In this document: in pieces, positions 40,904-51,431 of the stretch
Numbering within the stretch: position 1 is the first letter of the stretch
Layout: each line of letters begins with the position of its first letter
Source: Longimicrobiales bacterium
GTDB lineage: Bacteria > Gemmatimonadota > Gemmatimonadetes > Longimicrobiales > Gaopeijiaceae
Assembly (NCBI GenBank): GCA_965238005.1
Contig: OZ250165.1
Coordinates: 3,136,001-3,200,000 of the forward strand
Length of the DNA: 64,000 bases
Direction: 5' to 3'
Translations under genes and position numbers: made by a program
Notes under the pieces: model-generated
Database searches by the model: none
Seen by the model: only the letters and a program-made list of their open reading frames with translations
What the model was told of the DNA's origin: nothing

Positions 40904-42508
40904 TCAGCGCCCGGTGCTGGTCACCACTTCGGGTGGCACCCGCGCCTTGGTGGCCTGCTCGAAGTCGTAGGCGTAGGCCAGCAAGTCCGGCTCCGTCCAG
41001 GTATCCCCGATGAACGCTATGACGAACGGCGTGCCGTCGTCGTAGTACGCGAACGGAACCGTGACGACGGGCACGCCCAGCTGGTTGATGATGTTGCTGG
41101 GAAGCTCCGGATGATTGTTGGGGCTGTAGTCGGGGCGCTCCGGGTCCTCCACCAGGTCTCGGATGGGGGATCCCGCCTGGGGAAAGAACAGCCCGTCGAG
41201 GTTGAAAGCATCCAGGATGCCACGGAACCGGCGGCGGATCTGCTGCCTCCAGGCCTGGAAGGCGTCCCCCTCCTCGGTGGCGCTGGGCCGGGCCGGCGGA
41301 CGGTTGCCCCTACCCTCCCGGAACTCCTCGCCGGTCAGCGCCTCCCACTCACCCACGCTGTGGAACGCGGCGTCATCGCCCAGCCCCTGTAGATACACGA
41401 GCATGTCGTGGGCACCGACGGACGGCACGCGGGGCCGTTCATCGTAGAGCTCGATGAACTCGCTGCCCCTGAAGGGATCCTCAACCAGCTCGGCTCCCTG
41501 AGCGGTCAACTCGGCGATGGCCTGCCGGTAGATCTCCTCGGTCTCCGGCGCCAACGGTAGCCACGACTCGCGCCAGCCCGCCCCCACCAAACCGAACCGC
41601 TTGCCGGCTACCGCGGTGGTGCTCAACGCCGCCGCGTACCCCTCTTCCGGGATGTGACCCACGGCCGAGTAGGTGGCGAGGTCGTCGGGCGTGGGACCCG
41701 CCAGGACGTCCAGCGTGACCGCAGCGTCGTAGACGGTCTTGGCCAGCGGCCCGACGACGTCGATGTAGGTGGCGTTAACGGGAACCACGCCCTCCAGAGG
41801 CACGAGTCCGAAAGTGGACTTCACCCCTACGAGGGCCTGGGCAGCCGCGGGGTTCTGAATCGAGCCGCCGGTCTCCGTGCCCAAACCCAGGACCGCGAAG
41901 CTCGCGTTCACGGCGGTGGCGGTGCCGCCACTCGATCCTCCCGGGGTCTTGTCGACGTTGTAAGGATTGAGGGTCACGCCCGCCACGGAGCTCTTCGTGC
42001 GCGTCCCGTCTCCCGCGAAGTCGGGCATGTTCGTTTTGCCGAGAACGATTGCGCCGGCCTCCCGCAGTCGCTCCACCGCGGCGGCATCGTCCTCCGGGAT
42101 CATGTCGATTCCCCCGGCGGCAGTGCTGAATCCGGAGAAGCCGGCCGTGGTTACGAGCCCCGCGTAGTCAAGGTTGTCCTTGATGACCACCGGCACCCCG
42201 TGGAGCGGCCCGCGTGGTCCCGTCGACCGATACTCCTTGTCCAGGGCGTCCGCGATGGCGAGGGCATCGGGGTTGATAGAGATCATGGCGTTGTAGTGAT
42301 CTTCGTATAGGGCGATGCGCTCCAGGAACGCCCGTGTGAGATCCACGGCGGTATACTCACCCTCGGCGAGGCCGGCCTGGATCTGCTCGGCCGTGAGCTC
42401 CACGACGTCCACGGCGGCGCCGGGGGACGGAGCGATGACTCCTCCGCGGGACGAGCAGCCCCCGGAGAACCAGAGCAAGCACAGGATCGCGGTGACCCTG
42501 GGACGCAT
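40904..42508 (-). CDS. Amidase signature family lipoprotein
   Basis: PLHGVPVVIKDN, GKTNMPDF, GGSSGG, GTETGGSI. Confidence 0.93.
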   Translation of the reverse strand: MRPRVTAILCLLWFSGGCSSRGGVIAPSPGAAVDVVELTAEQIQAGLAEGEYTAVDLTRAFLERIALYEDHYNAMISINPDALAIADALDKEYRSTGPRGPLHGVPVVIKDNLDYAGLVTTAGFSGFSTAAGGIDMIPEDDAAAVERLREAGAIVLGKTNMPDFAGDGTRTKSSVAGVTLNPYNVDKTPGGSSGGTATAVNASFAVLGLGTETGGSIQNPAAAQALVGVKSTFGLVPLEGVVPVNATYIDVVGPLAKTVYDAAVTLDVLAGPTPDDLATYSAVGHIPEEGYAAALSTTAVAGKRFGLVGAGWRESWLPLAPETEEIYRQAIAELTAQGAELVEDPFRGSEFIELYDERPRVPSVGAHDMLVYLQGLGDDAAFHSVGEWEALTGEEFREGRGNRPPARPSATEEGDAFQAWRQQIRRRFRGILDAFNLDGLFFPQAGSPIRDLVEDPERPDYSPNNHPELPSNIINQLGVPVVTVPFAYYDDGTPFVIAFIGDTWTEPDLLAYAYDFEQATKARVPPEVVTSTGR

Positions 42509-43042
42509 GGATTCTGCCCCCATCAAACCCTTCTGGTGAATAGCGGTCGACCGGACGGTCGAGCCGGTTTCCGTCAGCCGTCACACCCTATCAGCTTGCG
42601 CCTGGGAGGCCAAGGGAGTGGGCCCAAGTCCCCGGGTAAGCCGGTCAACCGAATCTCGTATCCATGCGTCCAAGACCCAGGAGGACAGATCGTTCTTCGG
42701 TCCACCGCGTAGGAATTACAGCGGGATGACGACGGGATGACGACGAGGGGGGTAGAGATGGGGATGTCTACGGAGAGCTGGCCGAGCGGATCGCTCGGCG
42801 ATTCCGCGACCTGGGAGTCACCCCCGCAGACGTTCGCGTGGCCGTGGGGTGGACCTCGAAGGGGCCGGCAGAGGCCGGCGGCTCGACGAGCATGAAGGTT
42901 GCTCGGCTCGCGAACTTCTGGGACACCACACTAGGTTCCACCCTCATTCCGCGTGGAGCGCCTCCACCGGGGCCACCAGACTCGCTCGCCGCGCCGGTAG
43001 GTACGTGGCGAGTGACGTGACAAAGACGATGCCGGCCAGACG

Positions 43043-44551
43043 ATGAACCGCCGCTATGCGCTGCGCACCATGGGAGCCGCGGCCCTCGGCCTCGCGGCCG
43101 GGGCCCGTGACGGCGAGGCGGCTGTGCGGCCGGCTGCCTCCGAGGCGGCGGGGGCCACCATCTCGGAAGCGGCATCAGCGGCCCGGCAGGAAGCCGGCGA
43201 GATCCTGATCCGCGGCGGGCGCGTGGTGAACGCGGACGCCAGCCTCGTCGCCGACGTACGCATTCTCGGAAACACCATCGCCCAGATCGGGCCCAGTCTC
43301 AGCGCCGCAGCCGAAGCCCGGATTATCGATGCGACGGGCCGGTTGGTCATCCCCGGGGGCATCGATCCCCACACGCACCTGCAGGGATCCTTCGTCGACG
43401 ACCTCACGACGGGGACCTCGGCCGCCGTAGCCGGCGGCATCACCACCGTGGGTACCTTCGCCTATCCCCAGGACGGCGAGAACGCGGTCCAGGCGATGGA
43501 CCGGTGGCTCGCCGAGGTGAGCAGGAGTGCCATCGGCGATGTCTTCTTCCACGGCTCGACGTGGCCGCCCACGCCCGAGTTCGCCGCGCTCATGCCCGAG
43601 CTGGCGGCAAGGGGGCAGCCCAGTCACAAGATCTTCATGACACGCCGGGACTTCGGGGCAAGCCGCGGCGCGCTTATCGAGCTGCTGGAAGCGGCCCGGG
43701 ACGCCGGCGTTGTCACGCTCATGCACTGCGAGGACGGCGCCATGCTGGCCGCGGTCCTCAGGCGGCTCAGGGCGGAGGCCCAAACATCGCTCCGCCACTT
43801 CGCGGAGAGCAGGCCCGTGATCGCCGAGGTGGCGGCCACCGAAGACGCGGTGGCCCTCTGCGAGCTCACCGGGGCGCCCATGCACTTCGTGCACCTCTCG
43901 TCGCTGAGGGCCCTCGAGGCCGCCCGCACACCTCAATCGGAGGGGCTTCCCCTGACCATCGAGACGCGCCCCCTCTACCTGTACTTCACGGACGAGATGC
44001 TGCTGGGCGAGGACGGCCCGCTCTACATCGGGCAGCCGCCGCTCCGATCGGCAAGCGACGTGGACGCAATGTGGGCCGGCCTTGTCGACGGACGGATCGA
44101 CTTCCTGGCCACGGACCACGCCCCCTGGACCCGGGCCCAGAAGATGGATCCGGAGCTGAACGTAGGGCGGCTCCGCCCGGGCGTCAGCGACTTGCGCTTC
44201 ATGCTCCCCGTGCTCTTCTCCGAAGGCGTCAACAAGGGACGGCTCTCGGAGCAGCGGTTCGTCGAAATCACTTCGACAGCGGCGGCCAGGACCTTCGGCT
44301 TATACCCGGAGCGGGGCGTGGTGCGAGAGGACTCCCTAGCCGACGTGGTGATTCTTGATCCGAGCCTGGAGCGCACCGCCAGCGCCGACGACGACCCCTC
44401 CCGCTCGGACTACACGCCCTTCGAGGGCTGGACGGTCACCGGGTGGCCGGTGATCACAATCCGCCGGGGCGAGGTGGTCTACGAGGACGGCCGGGTTACT
44501 GGGCAGCCCGGGAGCGGCCGGCCGGCGGAAAGGCGGCCGCGAGGGGCCTAG
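43043..44551 (+). CDS. Dihydropyrimidinase/hydantoinase-like amidohydrolase with Tat-like signal
   Basis: MNRRYAL, PGGIDPHTH, HCED, VHLSS, ATDHAP. Confidence 0.88.
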   Translation: MNRRYALRTMGAAALGLAAGARDGEAAVRPAASEAAGATISEAASAARQEAGEILIRGGRVVNADASLVADVRILGNTIAQIGPSLSAAAEARIIDATGRLVIPGGIDPHTHLQGSFVDDLTTGTSAAVAGGITTVGTFAYPQDGENAVQAMDRWLAEVSRSAIGDVFFHGSTWPPTPEFAALMPELAARGQPSHKIFMTRRDFGASRGALIELLEAARDAGVVTLMHCEDGAMLAAVLRRLRAEAQTSLRHFAESRPVIAEVAATEDAVALCELTGAPMHFVHLSSLRALEAARTPQSEGLPLTIETRPLYLYFTDEMLLGEDGPLYIGQPPLRSASDVDAMWAGLVDGRIDFLATDHAPWTRAQKMDPELNVGRLRPGVSDLRFMLPVLFSEGVNKGRLSEQRFVEITSTAAARTFGLYPERGVVREDSLADVVILDPSLERTASADDDPSRSDYTPFEGWTVTGWPVITIRRGEVVYEDGRVTGQPGSGRPAERRPRGA

Positions 44552-44600
44552 GGGCGGCCGCGAACGGCCCAGGGGCGGCCGCGAACGGCCTAGGGGCGGC
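44548..44600. repeat. 2.5 copies of a 21-nt tandem repeat
   Basis: CTAGGGGCGGCCGCGAACGGC / CCAGGGGCGGCCGCGAACGGC / CTAGGGGCGGC. Confidence 0.85.
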
Positions 44601-44829
44601 GATCATGCGGGCCCGACGCAGCGCACCGCAATCTCCTCGGTTTTCACACTGTCCTCGCCCTGAACCAGGTAGTGGAACGCGAAATCGACGGCGCTGAGGG
44701 AAACAAGGGGGTGGGGCGCCGACGCCCCGCTTACCGACGCTCCGCTCACTCTTGCGGTGGGTCAGGGTCCCGTCGATCGTTGCGGTGCAGCGGGCTCCCT
44801 TCGATCGTTACCATCCATATGGAGAGATC

Positions 44830-45216
44830 GTGTTGAAGCGAGACTGGCCAGCCCCGCGCGCAGCGAAGTTCCGTCAAGCCGGGTTCGTGTACGTGCACGT
44901 CGCCTTCCTCTACGAGTCGGCGGTGTATGCCATGCTCAAGGCAGGCCTCCTCCCGGCCCGGTTCGGCTCACCGTGGCTCTGGCTCGGAGCCGGAGCCCTG
45001 GTGGCGGGCTTCGTCTTCGTCGGCCTCTACCGGTGGCAGAACGTCTGGATCGCCCGTATCGTGTGGGCCTTGCACGGCCTGCGACTTCCGGCATTGGTCG
45101 GGGGCGCCTTCTTCGCGGCTCCTGACGCCGTGACGCCCCCGGCGTTCTACATCACCGCCATCCTGATCGTGGTGATCAACCTGTGGATGCTTGCCCGGGC
45201 GGGCTGGGACCTGTGA
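44830..45216 (+). CDS. Small multi-pass membrane protein
   Basis: Four hydrophobic segments; GGAGAG RBS before GTG. Confidence 0.7.
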   Translation: MLKRDWPAPRAAKFRQAGFVYVHVAFLYESAVYAMLKAGLLPARFGSPWLWLGAGALVAGFVFVGLYRWQNVWIARIVWALHGLRLPALVGGAFFAAPDAVTPPAFYITAILIVVINLWMLARAGWDL

Positions 45217-45247
45217 GCTTCCAGCTTCCGCCGGCACACCCCCCACG

Positions 45248-46271
45248 CTACTTGTAGGCGACCGCGGCACTCGACGGACCCGCGAGCTCGATCACCTCGA
45301 AACGGCAGAATCCGACTTCTTCGCACCAGCCGCGAAAATCGGCGGCAGAGTAGTCGAACGCGTCGCCGAACTCGATCAGCATGTTCAGCGACATAAGGAG
45401 ACCGAAGGCATTGCGGCGCCGCTCGTCGTCGATCAGGGACTCGATGACAACGAAGGCACCGCCCTCAGGAAGCGCGTCGTGCACCTTTTGCACCAGGACC
45501 TTCTTCTTCTCCAGGTTCCAGTCGTGGAGGATCATGCCCATCGTTATCACGTCCGCTTTCGGGAGGATCGTCCTTGAAGAAATCCCCCGAAACCACCTCG
45601 ACCCGGTCCGTAAGCCCCGCGGCTGCAACGGACTCGGTCGCGATGGGCTCCACTACGGGAAGATCGAAGGTAGCGCAGCTGATGTGTGTGTTGGCTGCCG
45701 CTATCACGCACGCCAACTGCCCGGTGGCCCCACCGATGTCCGCGTGCGTCTCATAGTTGGAGAAGTCGAACGCCTCCGCGAACGCGCTGAAGTTGGCCGC
45801 CGAGATGCCCGCCATCGCCATCATGAACTGTTCGAGCCGCTCAGGCTGCGCGTACAGCTTCGCGAACATCGGCTCGCCCGTGTGTTTGATCTCGTTCTGG
45901 GGCTGGCCCGTCCGTAGTGCCTCCGTCAGGTCGGCCCAGAATCGATAGAGTCGATCGTTCGCCATCTCGAGGATGCCGCCGATGTATGCCGGGCTCTCCT
46001 TGTCGAGAAAGAGACCGGCCTCGGGGGTGTTCCTGTACCGCGCGACCGGCCCGTCGCCGTCGCGCTCGAGCAGACCCAGGGCCAGGAGAGCATCGGGGAA
46101 GTCGGGCACGGCACGCGGGTGCAGGTCCAGGGCGCTTCGCAGCTCCTCCGCCGTCATCGACTCCGAGCCGAGGACAGTGAACAGGCGCAGCTCGACGGCA
46201 GAAAGCAGTGTCTTCGAGCCCCAAAAGCCCATCCCGATCTGCATGATGTGTGATGGATTCAAGTGCTCCAT
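45248..46271 (-). pseudogene. SAM-dependent O-methyltransferase (dimerisation + Methyltransf_2), +1 frameshift near 45565
   Basis: SKTLLSAVELRLF, DIGGATG, GDFFKDD / LPKADVITMGMILHDW. Confidence 0.88.
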
Positions 46272-46556
46272 GTGGTTCTCCGGTTGGCGGTTCGGTACTT
46301 CCTCACCCACGCGCGTGCCAGCCAGCGAGTAGCTCGGCCGGCCAGAAACGGCAAGGCACCGGACCGTCAGAGCGCCTTCAAGTACCAGGAAGAGGTCGCT
46401 GCTGATAACCCTCGCCAATATCCAACACGCTCACCCCCGCCTGCCAGAGGTCGTTGGCAAGAGTCAGGGCGGCGGCGCCGGCGAACGTGCTCCCCGGGAG
46501 GTCCTCGGAACCCGAGACCTTGGCTCCCCAGGCGGTCACAGGGGCCGGAGTGCAGC

Positions 46557-46775
46557 TCAGAGCCCCCGCACATTCTCTTCGACTATTCTGCGATACGACT
46601 CCGCCTTCTCGTTGCTCAGAGAGGAGATTTCTAGCACCTCGTCGACATGATCCGACATGCGGTCTGCAACGTCGATTACGCGTTCCCGGATGACCGCCCG
46701 ACCCAGGGCACATCGGTCGGCCAGCGTTGCAAAGTCACGCAAGCGCAGATTGTGCCGTTTCCCATTCAACGAGCT
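46557..46775 (-). pseudogene. Second HipA-like C-terminal remnant, fused to an unrelated signal-peptide fragment upstream
   Basis: SSLNGKRHNLRLRDFATLADRCAL... Confidence 0.55.
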
Positions 46776-47083
46776 TGAGCGGTGGTGTGTGCCCTCGGAG
46801 GACTCGGCCTCGGGAGGGCTCGGCCCGCCAACAGGCGTCCCATCCGTCGCCTGTGCGCCCACCGAACTCGGATGGAGAGCCACCACCGGGACCCACAGGA
46901 TGGAGAGGAGCAGAAAACGCTTGTTCATCACCATGCCCAGCCGAGTCGTCGTCGGTAAGGAGAACGACCCGGGGACCAAGGTGCTCTTCTGCTGGCCCAT
47001 GCCCGAGTCGTACTGCATTGTAGGGAGCCCGCGGGAGGCGCGGTCCGATGCCTCCTCATCACAGCAGAACAGGGACCGGAGCG

Positions 47084-48745
47084 ATGAAAATCCTGCTTGC
47101 CGTAGCCTTCCTCGTCTCTGCCGCCCTCCTGGCCCCTCGGGAGGAGGGCACCGACCCGTCGCCCACGGCGGCCTCCTCGGTGCGCCCGTCCTCGGCCCAG
47201 TCCGGCCCCCTATCGCTGGAGATCCAGGAGCACGTGCTCGACAACGGGCTCACTATCCTGGTGGTGGAGGACCACCGGATGCCGCGCGTGGCCGCGAACC
47301 TCTGGATCCGTGTCGGCTCCATGCAGGAGCCGACAGGGCTGCACGGCATGACTCACTTCCTCGAGCACGTCATCCACCAGGGGACCACCACCATCGGGAC
47401 CACCGACCTCGCAGCGGAGCTGCCGATCCTTCAGGAGATCCAGGACACGGAGCAGGAGCTCATCGCTGTGAGAAACCGGGAGCGGAATCGGCTCCGTGAG
47501 CGGGACGTGTTCATCGACGAGATGGCGTGGCCCGGCACGCCCGAGACCCAGGCGCTCCGCGACAGGCTCTACGAGCTCGAGGATCAGGACAACGGCTATC
47601 GCGATTTCTGGACCTCGTACAAGTGGTACATGCAGCACGGAGGCTATGCCCGCCATCAGGATCCGGTGCCGGCCAGCACCGAGCAGGACTACATGGAGAT
47701 CAACATGGCGCTCCCCCGGGAGCACCTGGAGCTCTTCTTCCGCCTCGAGGCGGACCGCATGGTCAACGCGATTCTTCGGGGATGGGAGGCACAGCGTTTC
47801 ACGGTCCTCGAGCAGATCCTCGGAGGACAGAGCCGGCCCCAGACGCGGTTCAACGAGGCCATCGACGCGGTGACGGCGGCGTCCCACCCCGTGTACCGGC
47901 CTGACGGCGGCCACATCCGTGACTTCGGGAACTTCACCCGAGCCGCCATGCAGCGCATCTACGACGACTACTTCGTGGCCAACAACGCGGCGCTGGTGCT
48001 CGTCGGCGACGTCACGCTGGCGGAGGTCGTGCCTCTTGCGGAGCGCTATTTCGGCCGACTCCCCCGAGGCCCGGAGCCCCCGGCCGACCTGGACGTGGAG
48101 GCCGAGCCCGTGCCGGGCGGGTCGATCCGCCTCGACTGGAAGGAGCCGCTGTCTCCGCAGGTGCACGTCCGATACCGCATTCCCGGCATGGGCCACCCCG
48201 ACCGGCCCGTCTTCGACCTCATCGCCGCTCTGCTGGGCGGGCCCCACGGCCTCGCCGGCCAGAGGCTCACCGCCAGCGGCACGTCGGCCTCGGTCTCGGC
48301 CGACTTCAGAGTGATCCACACGTACCGCTTCGGCTCACCCGGCGCGTTCAACCTGGTGGCGCGGGCGGGGGCGGACGGGGATCTGCCGGCAGTCGAACGA
48401 GGGCTCCTGGCTGCCCTGGACGACCTGCGAGCGGGCCAGATCGACCCAGCCGCGCTGGAGCGCGCCCACAAGCGGCTCCGGGTCGAGTGGGCGGAGTTCC
48501 TCGCTAACCCCCAGGAGCTGGCCTTCTTGATCGGGCACCACCACACGATGAACCACTGGAGCACGCTGCCTGCCCTCCTCGAGACCAGAGACGCGGCGAC
48601 GGCGGAAGACGTTCGGAGGGTGGCCGAGACCTACTTCGTGCCGTCGAACCGCGTGATCGCCGTCGCCCGCTTCGAGCCCCCGGAAGGGAGCGGGCCCAGT
48701 TGGCTCGACTTCCTGTGGGCCGATCTCCCGGGAGACGGACGATGA
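47084..48745 (+). CDS. M16 (pitrilysin/insulinase) metallopeptidase, catalytic subunit
   Basis: LDNGLTILV, HFLEH (HxxEH), LEADRM. Confidence 0.9.
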   Translation: MKILLAVAFLVSAALLAPREEGTDPSPTAASSVRPSSAQSGPLSLEIQEHVLDNGLTILVVEDHRMPRVAANLWIRVGSMQEPTGLHGMTHFLEHVIHQGTTTIGTTDLAAELPILQEIQDTEQELIAVRNRERNRLRERDVFIDEMAWPGTPETQALRDRLYELEDQDNGYRDFWTSYKWYMQHGGYARHQDPVPASTEQDYMEINMALPREHLELFFRLEADRMVNAILRGWEAQRFTVLEQILGGQSRPQTRFNEAIDAVTAASHPVYRPDGGHIRDFGNFTRAAMQRIYDDYFVANNAALVLVGDVTLAEVVPLAERYFGRLPRGPEPPADLDVEAEPVPGGSIRLDWKEPLSPQVHVRYRIPGMGHPDRPVFDLIAALLGGPHGLAGQRLTASGTSASVSADFRVIHTYRFGSPGAFNLVARAGADGDLPAVERGLLAALDDLRAGQIDPAALERAHKRLRVEWAEFLANPQELAFLIGHHHTMNHWSTLPALLETRDAATAEDVRRVAETYFVPSNRVIAVARFEPPEGSGPSWLDFLWADLPGDGR

Positions 48746-50253
48746 GGGCGGGAGCGCCGTGGGCGTGGGTGCGGCGGGAGGGCGCCCGGCGGACGTGGGC
48801 GTTACCAGTGGCCGCGGTAATAGCCGTCGCCCTGGTCGGGTGCGGCGACGGTGGCGCAGATTTTCTGCCCGGCCACTCGCGGCCCGTGCTGGAGCACGAC
48901 TGGCCCGACCCGAGTGAGCTCGACCTCGAGCCCAACGGGTTCACGCCGCCGGATCCGGCGGAGGCCCTCTTCCAAGCGTCGAGCGGCCTCCGCGCCTACA
49001 TCGTGCCGGAGCCGTCGGATCCGCTGGTGCGGCTGACGGCGGCCCTGCCCCTGGGACGACTCCACGAGGCCGACGGCGAGGCTGGGGGCTCGGCCCTCCT
49101 GACCCGCTTGCTCACGACCCGGGGCGCGGCCGGGGCGAGTCGGCCGTTCTCGCTCCGGCTCGCTGAGCTGGGAACGACGCTGATGACTGAAGAGACGCTG
49201 GACGTCACGCGGATCTCCCTCGACGTCCTTCCCGAGGATTGGCGAGAGGGACTGGAGCTGCTCGTCGAGCTGCTCAGGGATCCGGACCTGAACGCCTCTG
49301 CGGTCCGGCAGCATCGGGCGGGCCAAGGGTACTCAATGCCCGTGGCCGGTGTGGGCGGGGCGGGCTTCCGCCCCAAAGTCGAGCTCGAGCGCACGTTGTC
49401 CGGATACCCCCTGGCCCCCCCGGACCCTGGCAGCACGCTCTCGCTGGCCGCTCTCAGGAGCCTGGCCTCCCGCGCGCTGCGGGCCGATCGGGTCGTACTG
49501 GGCATCGGCGGCAACGTCCCGCGCGACGCCGCGGAAGAGGCCGTCGAATCCACCACGCGAGGCTGGGGGCGCAGTGCCGAACCGGTCGCCTTACCGGCGG
49601 CGATTCAATCGAGTCCGCCGCGGGCAGGCCTCCACGCCGTCGACGTCCCGAGCCTCGAGGGCTGGGTCGCCATCGGTACGGCGGTCGGCGCAATCCCAGG
49701 GACGGACCGGGCCCCGCTCGCAGTGCTCGCATTCATTCTGGGAGAGCGCCTGAACATCGCGGTCCGGGAGATCCGGGGCCTCGCCAACCGAGCCCCGTTC
49801 CACATCCCCGAGACCGCATCCGGGACCGGCCTGGTTCACATCCGGACCGGAGGCCGCCCCGAGGCCGTGGCACCGCTCATCCGTTTCAGCCTGGACGAGG
49901 TGCAACGCATATACGATCCACAGGAGCCGGTGACGAACGACGAGGTGGCCCGAGCCCAAGGCTGGCTGGTGGACGCGGTTTGGCAGCGGTCGCTGGAGGT
50001 GGCGACCGGCGCGAGCGCGACCTTCGCCGTTGAGCACGCGCGTCGCGGGGGCACCGCCCGGCTGATGGGGTGGCCGGAGGCCGTTCAGACCGTCACCGCC
50101 GCGGACGTCAAGGCCATGGCTCAGCAGCATCTGGACCCAGCGACACTGGTCACAGTGGTCGTGGGGCCTCTGGCAAGAATCCGAGAGGCCCGCCACCCGC
50201 GTTGGCCCGTGGCCTTGGACGAGCTGGAGGCGAGCCTCTCGGGCGGGGGGTGA
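48742..50253 (+). CDS. M16 non-catalytic partner lipoprotein
   Basis: LVGC lipobox, no HxxEH, VREIRGLA, VTAADVK; ATGA overlap with the catalytic gene. Confidence 0.82.
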   Translation: MRAGAPWAWVRREGARRTWALPVAAVIAVALVGCGDGGADFLPGHSRPVLEHDWPDPSELDLEPNGFTPPDPAEALFQASSGLRAYIVPEPSDPLVRLTAALPLGRLHEADGEAGGSALLTRLLTTRGAAGASRPFSLRLAELGTTLMTEETLDVTRISLDVLPEDWREGLELLVELLRDPDLNASAVRQHRAGQGYSMPVAGVGGAGFRPKVELERTLSGYPLAPPDPGSTLSLAALRSLASRALRADRVVLGIGGNVPRDAAEEAVESTTRGWGRSAEPVALPAAIQSSPPRAGLHAVDVPSLEGWVAIGTAVGAIPGTDRAPLAVLAFILGERLNIAVREIRGLANRAPFHIPETASGTGLVHIRTGGRPEAVAPLIRFSLDEVQRIYDPQEPVTNDEVARAQGWLVDAVWQRSLEVATGASATFAVEHARRGGTARLMGWPEAVQTVTAADVKAMAQQHLDPATLVTVVVGPLARIREARHPRWPVALDELEASLSGGG

Positions 50254-50267
50254 GGCTTGCCGCTCCC

Positions 50268-50459
50268 TTAGACCGAGCAGGTCATGTCCTGGGCGCAGCA
50301 CATGGGTGACTTGATCATCCCGTGTCCGTCAGGGCACTTGGACACGTCCACCGTGCCGCCGTCGTCCTTCGTCAGGGTGTCGTGAACGAGGTCCTGCCCG
50401 CAGTGCCCGCAGGTCATGTTCACGCTCATGCCGCACTTCTCGCAGGTGTACGCCGCCAT
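50268..50459 (-). CDS. 63-aa Cys-rich metal-binding protein
   Basis: CEKC, CGHC, CPDGH, CC and a final C (8 Cys). Confidence 0.8.
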   Translation of the reverse strand: MAAYTCEKCGMSVNMTCGHCGQDLVHDTLTKDDGGTVDVSKCPDGHGMIKSPMCCAQDMTCSV

Positions 50460-50568
50460 TTGAAAGGCTCTCTCGCTGAGGTGGAGCAAGGGTCAGGAAT
50501 CGCTGACCAACGAACATTATGCAAACCGAGGCGGATCGTCACGAGGGCGGCAGAGGCACGTCGTCTTG

Positions 50569-50800
50569 TCAAGCCTCGATCATCTCGATGTCGTATTGAG
50601 CGATCTTGGGATCCGCGGTCATGAGGGGTACGCCGGTGAGCTGGGCCTGAGCCACCAGGAGTCGGTCGAAGGGATCGCGGTGGTGTCGACGAGGATCGTC
50701 CCCCTCGAACTCCTCCAGGATCTCCTCCGGAAGGTTGGCGTCGAAAGCATCCGACACGCGGATCCGGTCTCGATTGACCCCCAACGCCCGGGGCCGCAGC
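50569..50800 (-). pseudogene. Collapsed antitoxin/PIN toxin pair
   Basis: DAFDANLPEEILEEFEG, toxin start ILVDT joined to HHRDPFDRLLVAQAQ...TADPKI. Confidence 0.8.
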
Positions 50801-50907
50801 TTGTCCGGATCGCCCCGAGAGCCGGGATCGCCCCGAGCCCCAACGGCCACTTCGAGGCGCCGGAGATGAACTCTCTTCGTGTGGTCACGAGCGACCTCCC
50901 GCGTGCG

Positions 50908-51294
50908 CTACCTCCCCACGACCTCGGCCAGCAACCGCTCCGCGTAATCCTGATCCCAGGAAGCAAAATTGCGCCTGGCCGAAACCTCGAGGTGTGTCCC
51001 GTATTCGCGGGCCTCGAGGGACGCCGTTACGTCCAGCTCGTCCACCGAGCCCTTGAGCTCGCGCTTTCTGCCCGAGTCCTCCATGCCCTCCCCGGTAAGC
51101 TCGATCCCCATGCGCCGGAAGGCGGCCCGCACCCGGCCCGTGGTGCCCTGGATGTTCGACTGGACCTCCGCCTCGGCGCCCTGGGAGGTCAGGTGGATCC
51201 CGGCGGCGGCTCCCGCACCCGCGGCCGCTACGACACAACCTGACGTCAAACCCGCCGTCAGAAGCACCAACTGAGCTCGGATCTTCCCGTTCAT
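50908..51294 (-). CDS. DUF3568-like lipoprotein
   Basis: TSGCVVAAAGAGAAAG lipobox and Ala/Gly-rich stretch. Confidence 0.7.
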   Translation of the reverse strand: MNGKIRAQLVLLTAGLTSGCVVAAAGAGAAAGIHLTSQGAEAEVQSNIQGTTGRVRAAFRRMGIELTGEGMEDSGRKRELKGSVDELDVTASLEAREYGTHLEVSARRNFASWDQDYAERLLAEVVGR

Positions 51295-51431
51295 CTCAAC
51301 ACCTCCGGACCCAATGACAGACCTGCGAATCGCCTCCTCACTACGATGAACCACCGGGGGGTGAACTGCAAGGTGAGCGGATCGGTCAGCGAGCGCATAG
51401 GCGTCGTGCACTGCGGCGGCTCGGGCAGACG

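Noticed and set aside
42600..43020. Coding-like stretch upstream of the hydantoinase gene
   Set aside because: No family recognisable; probably another remnant but unsupported
44548..44600. Possible CRISPR array (also 53091-53150 and 28390-28492)
   Set aside because: Units are contiguous with no spacers, and no cas genes are present
47084..50253. M16 catalytic plus non-catalytic pair as a novel system
   Set aside because: Well-known heterodimeric M16B arrangement
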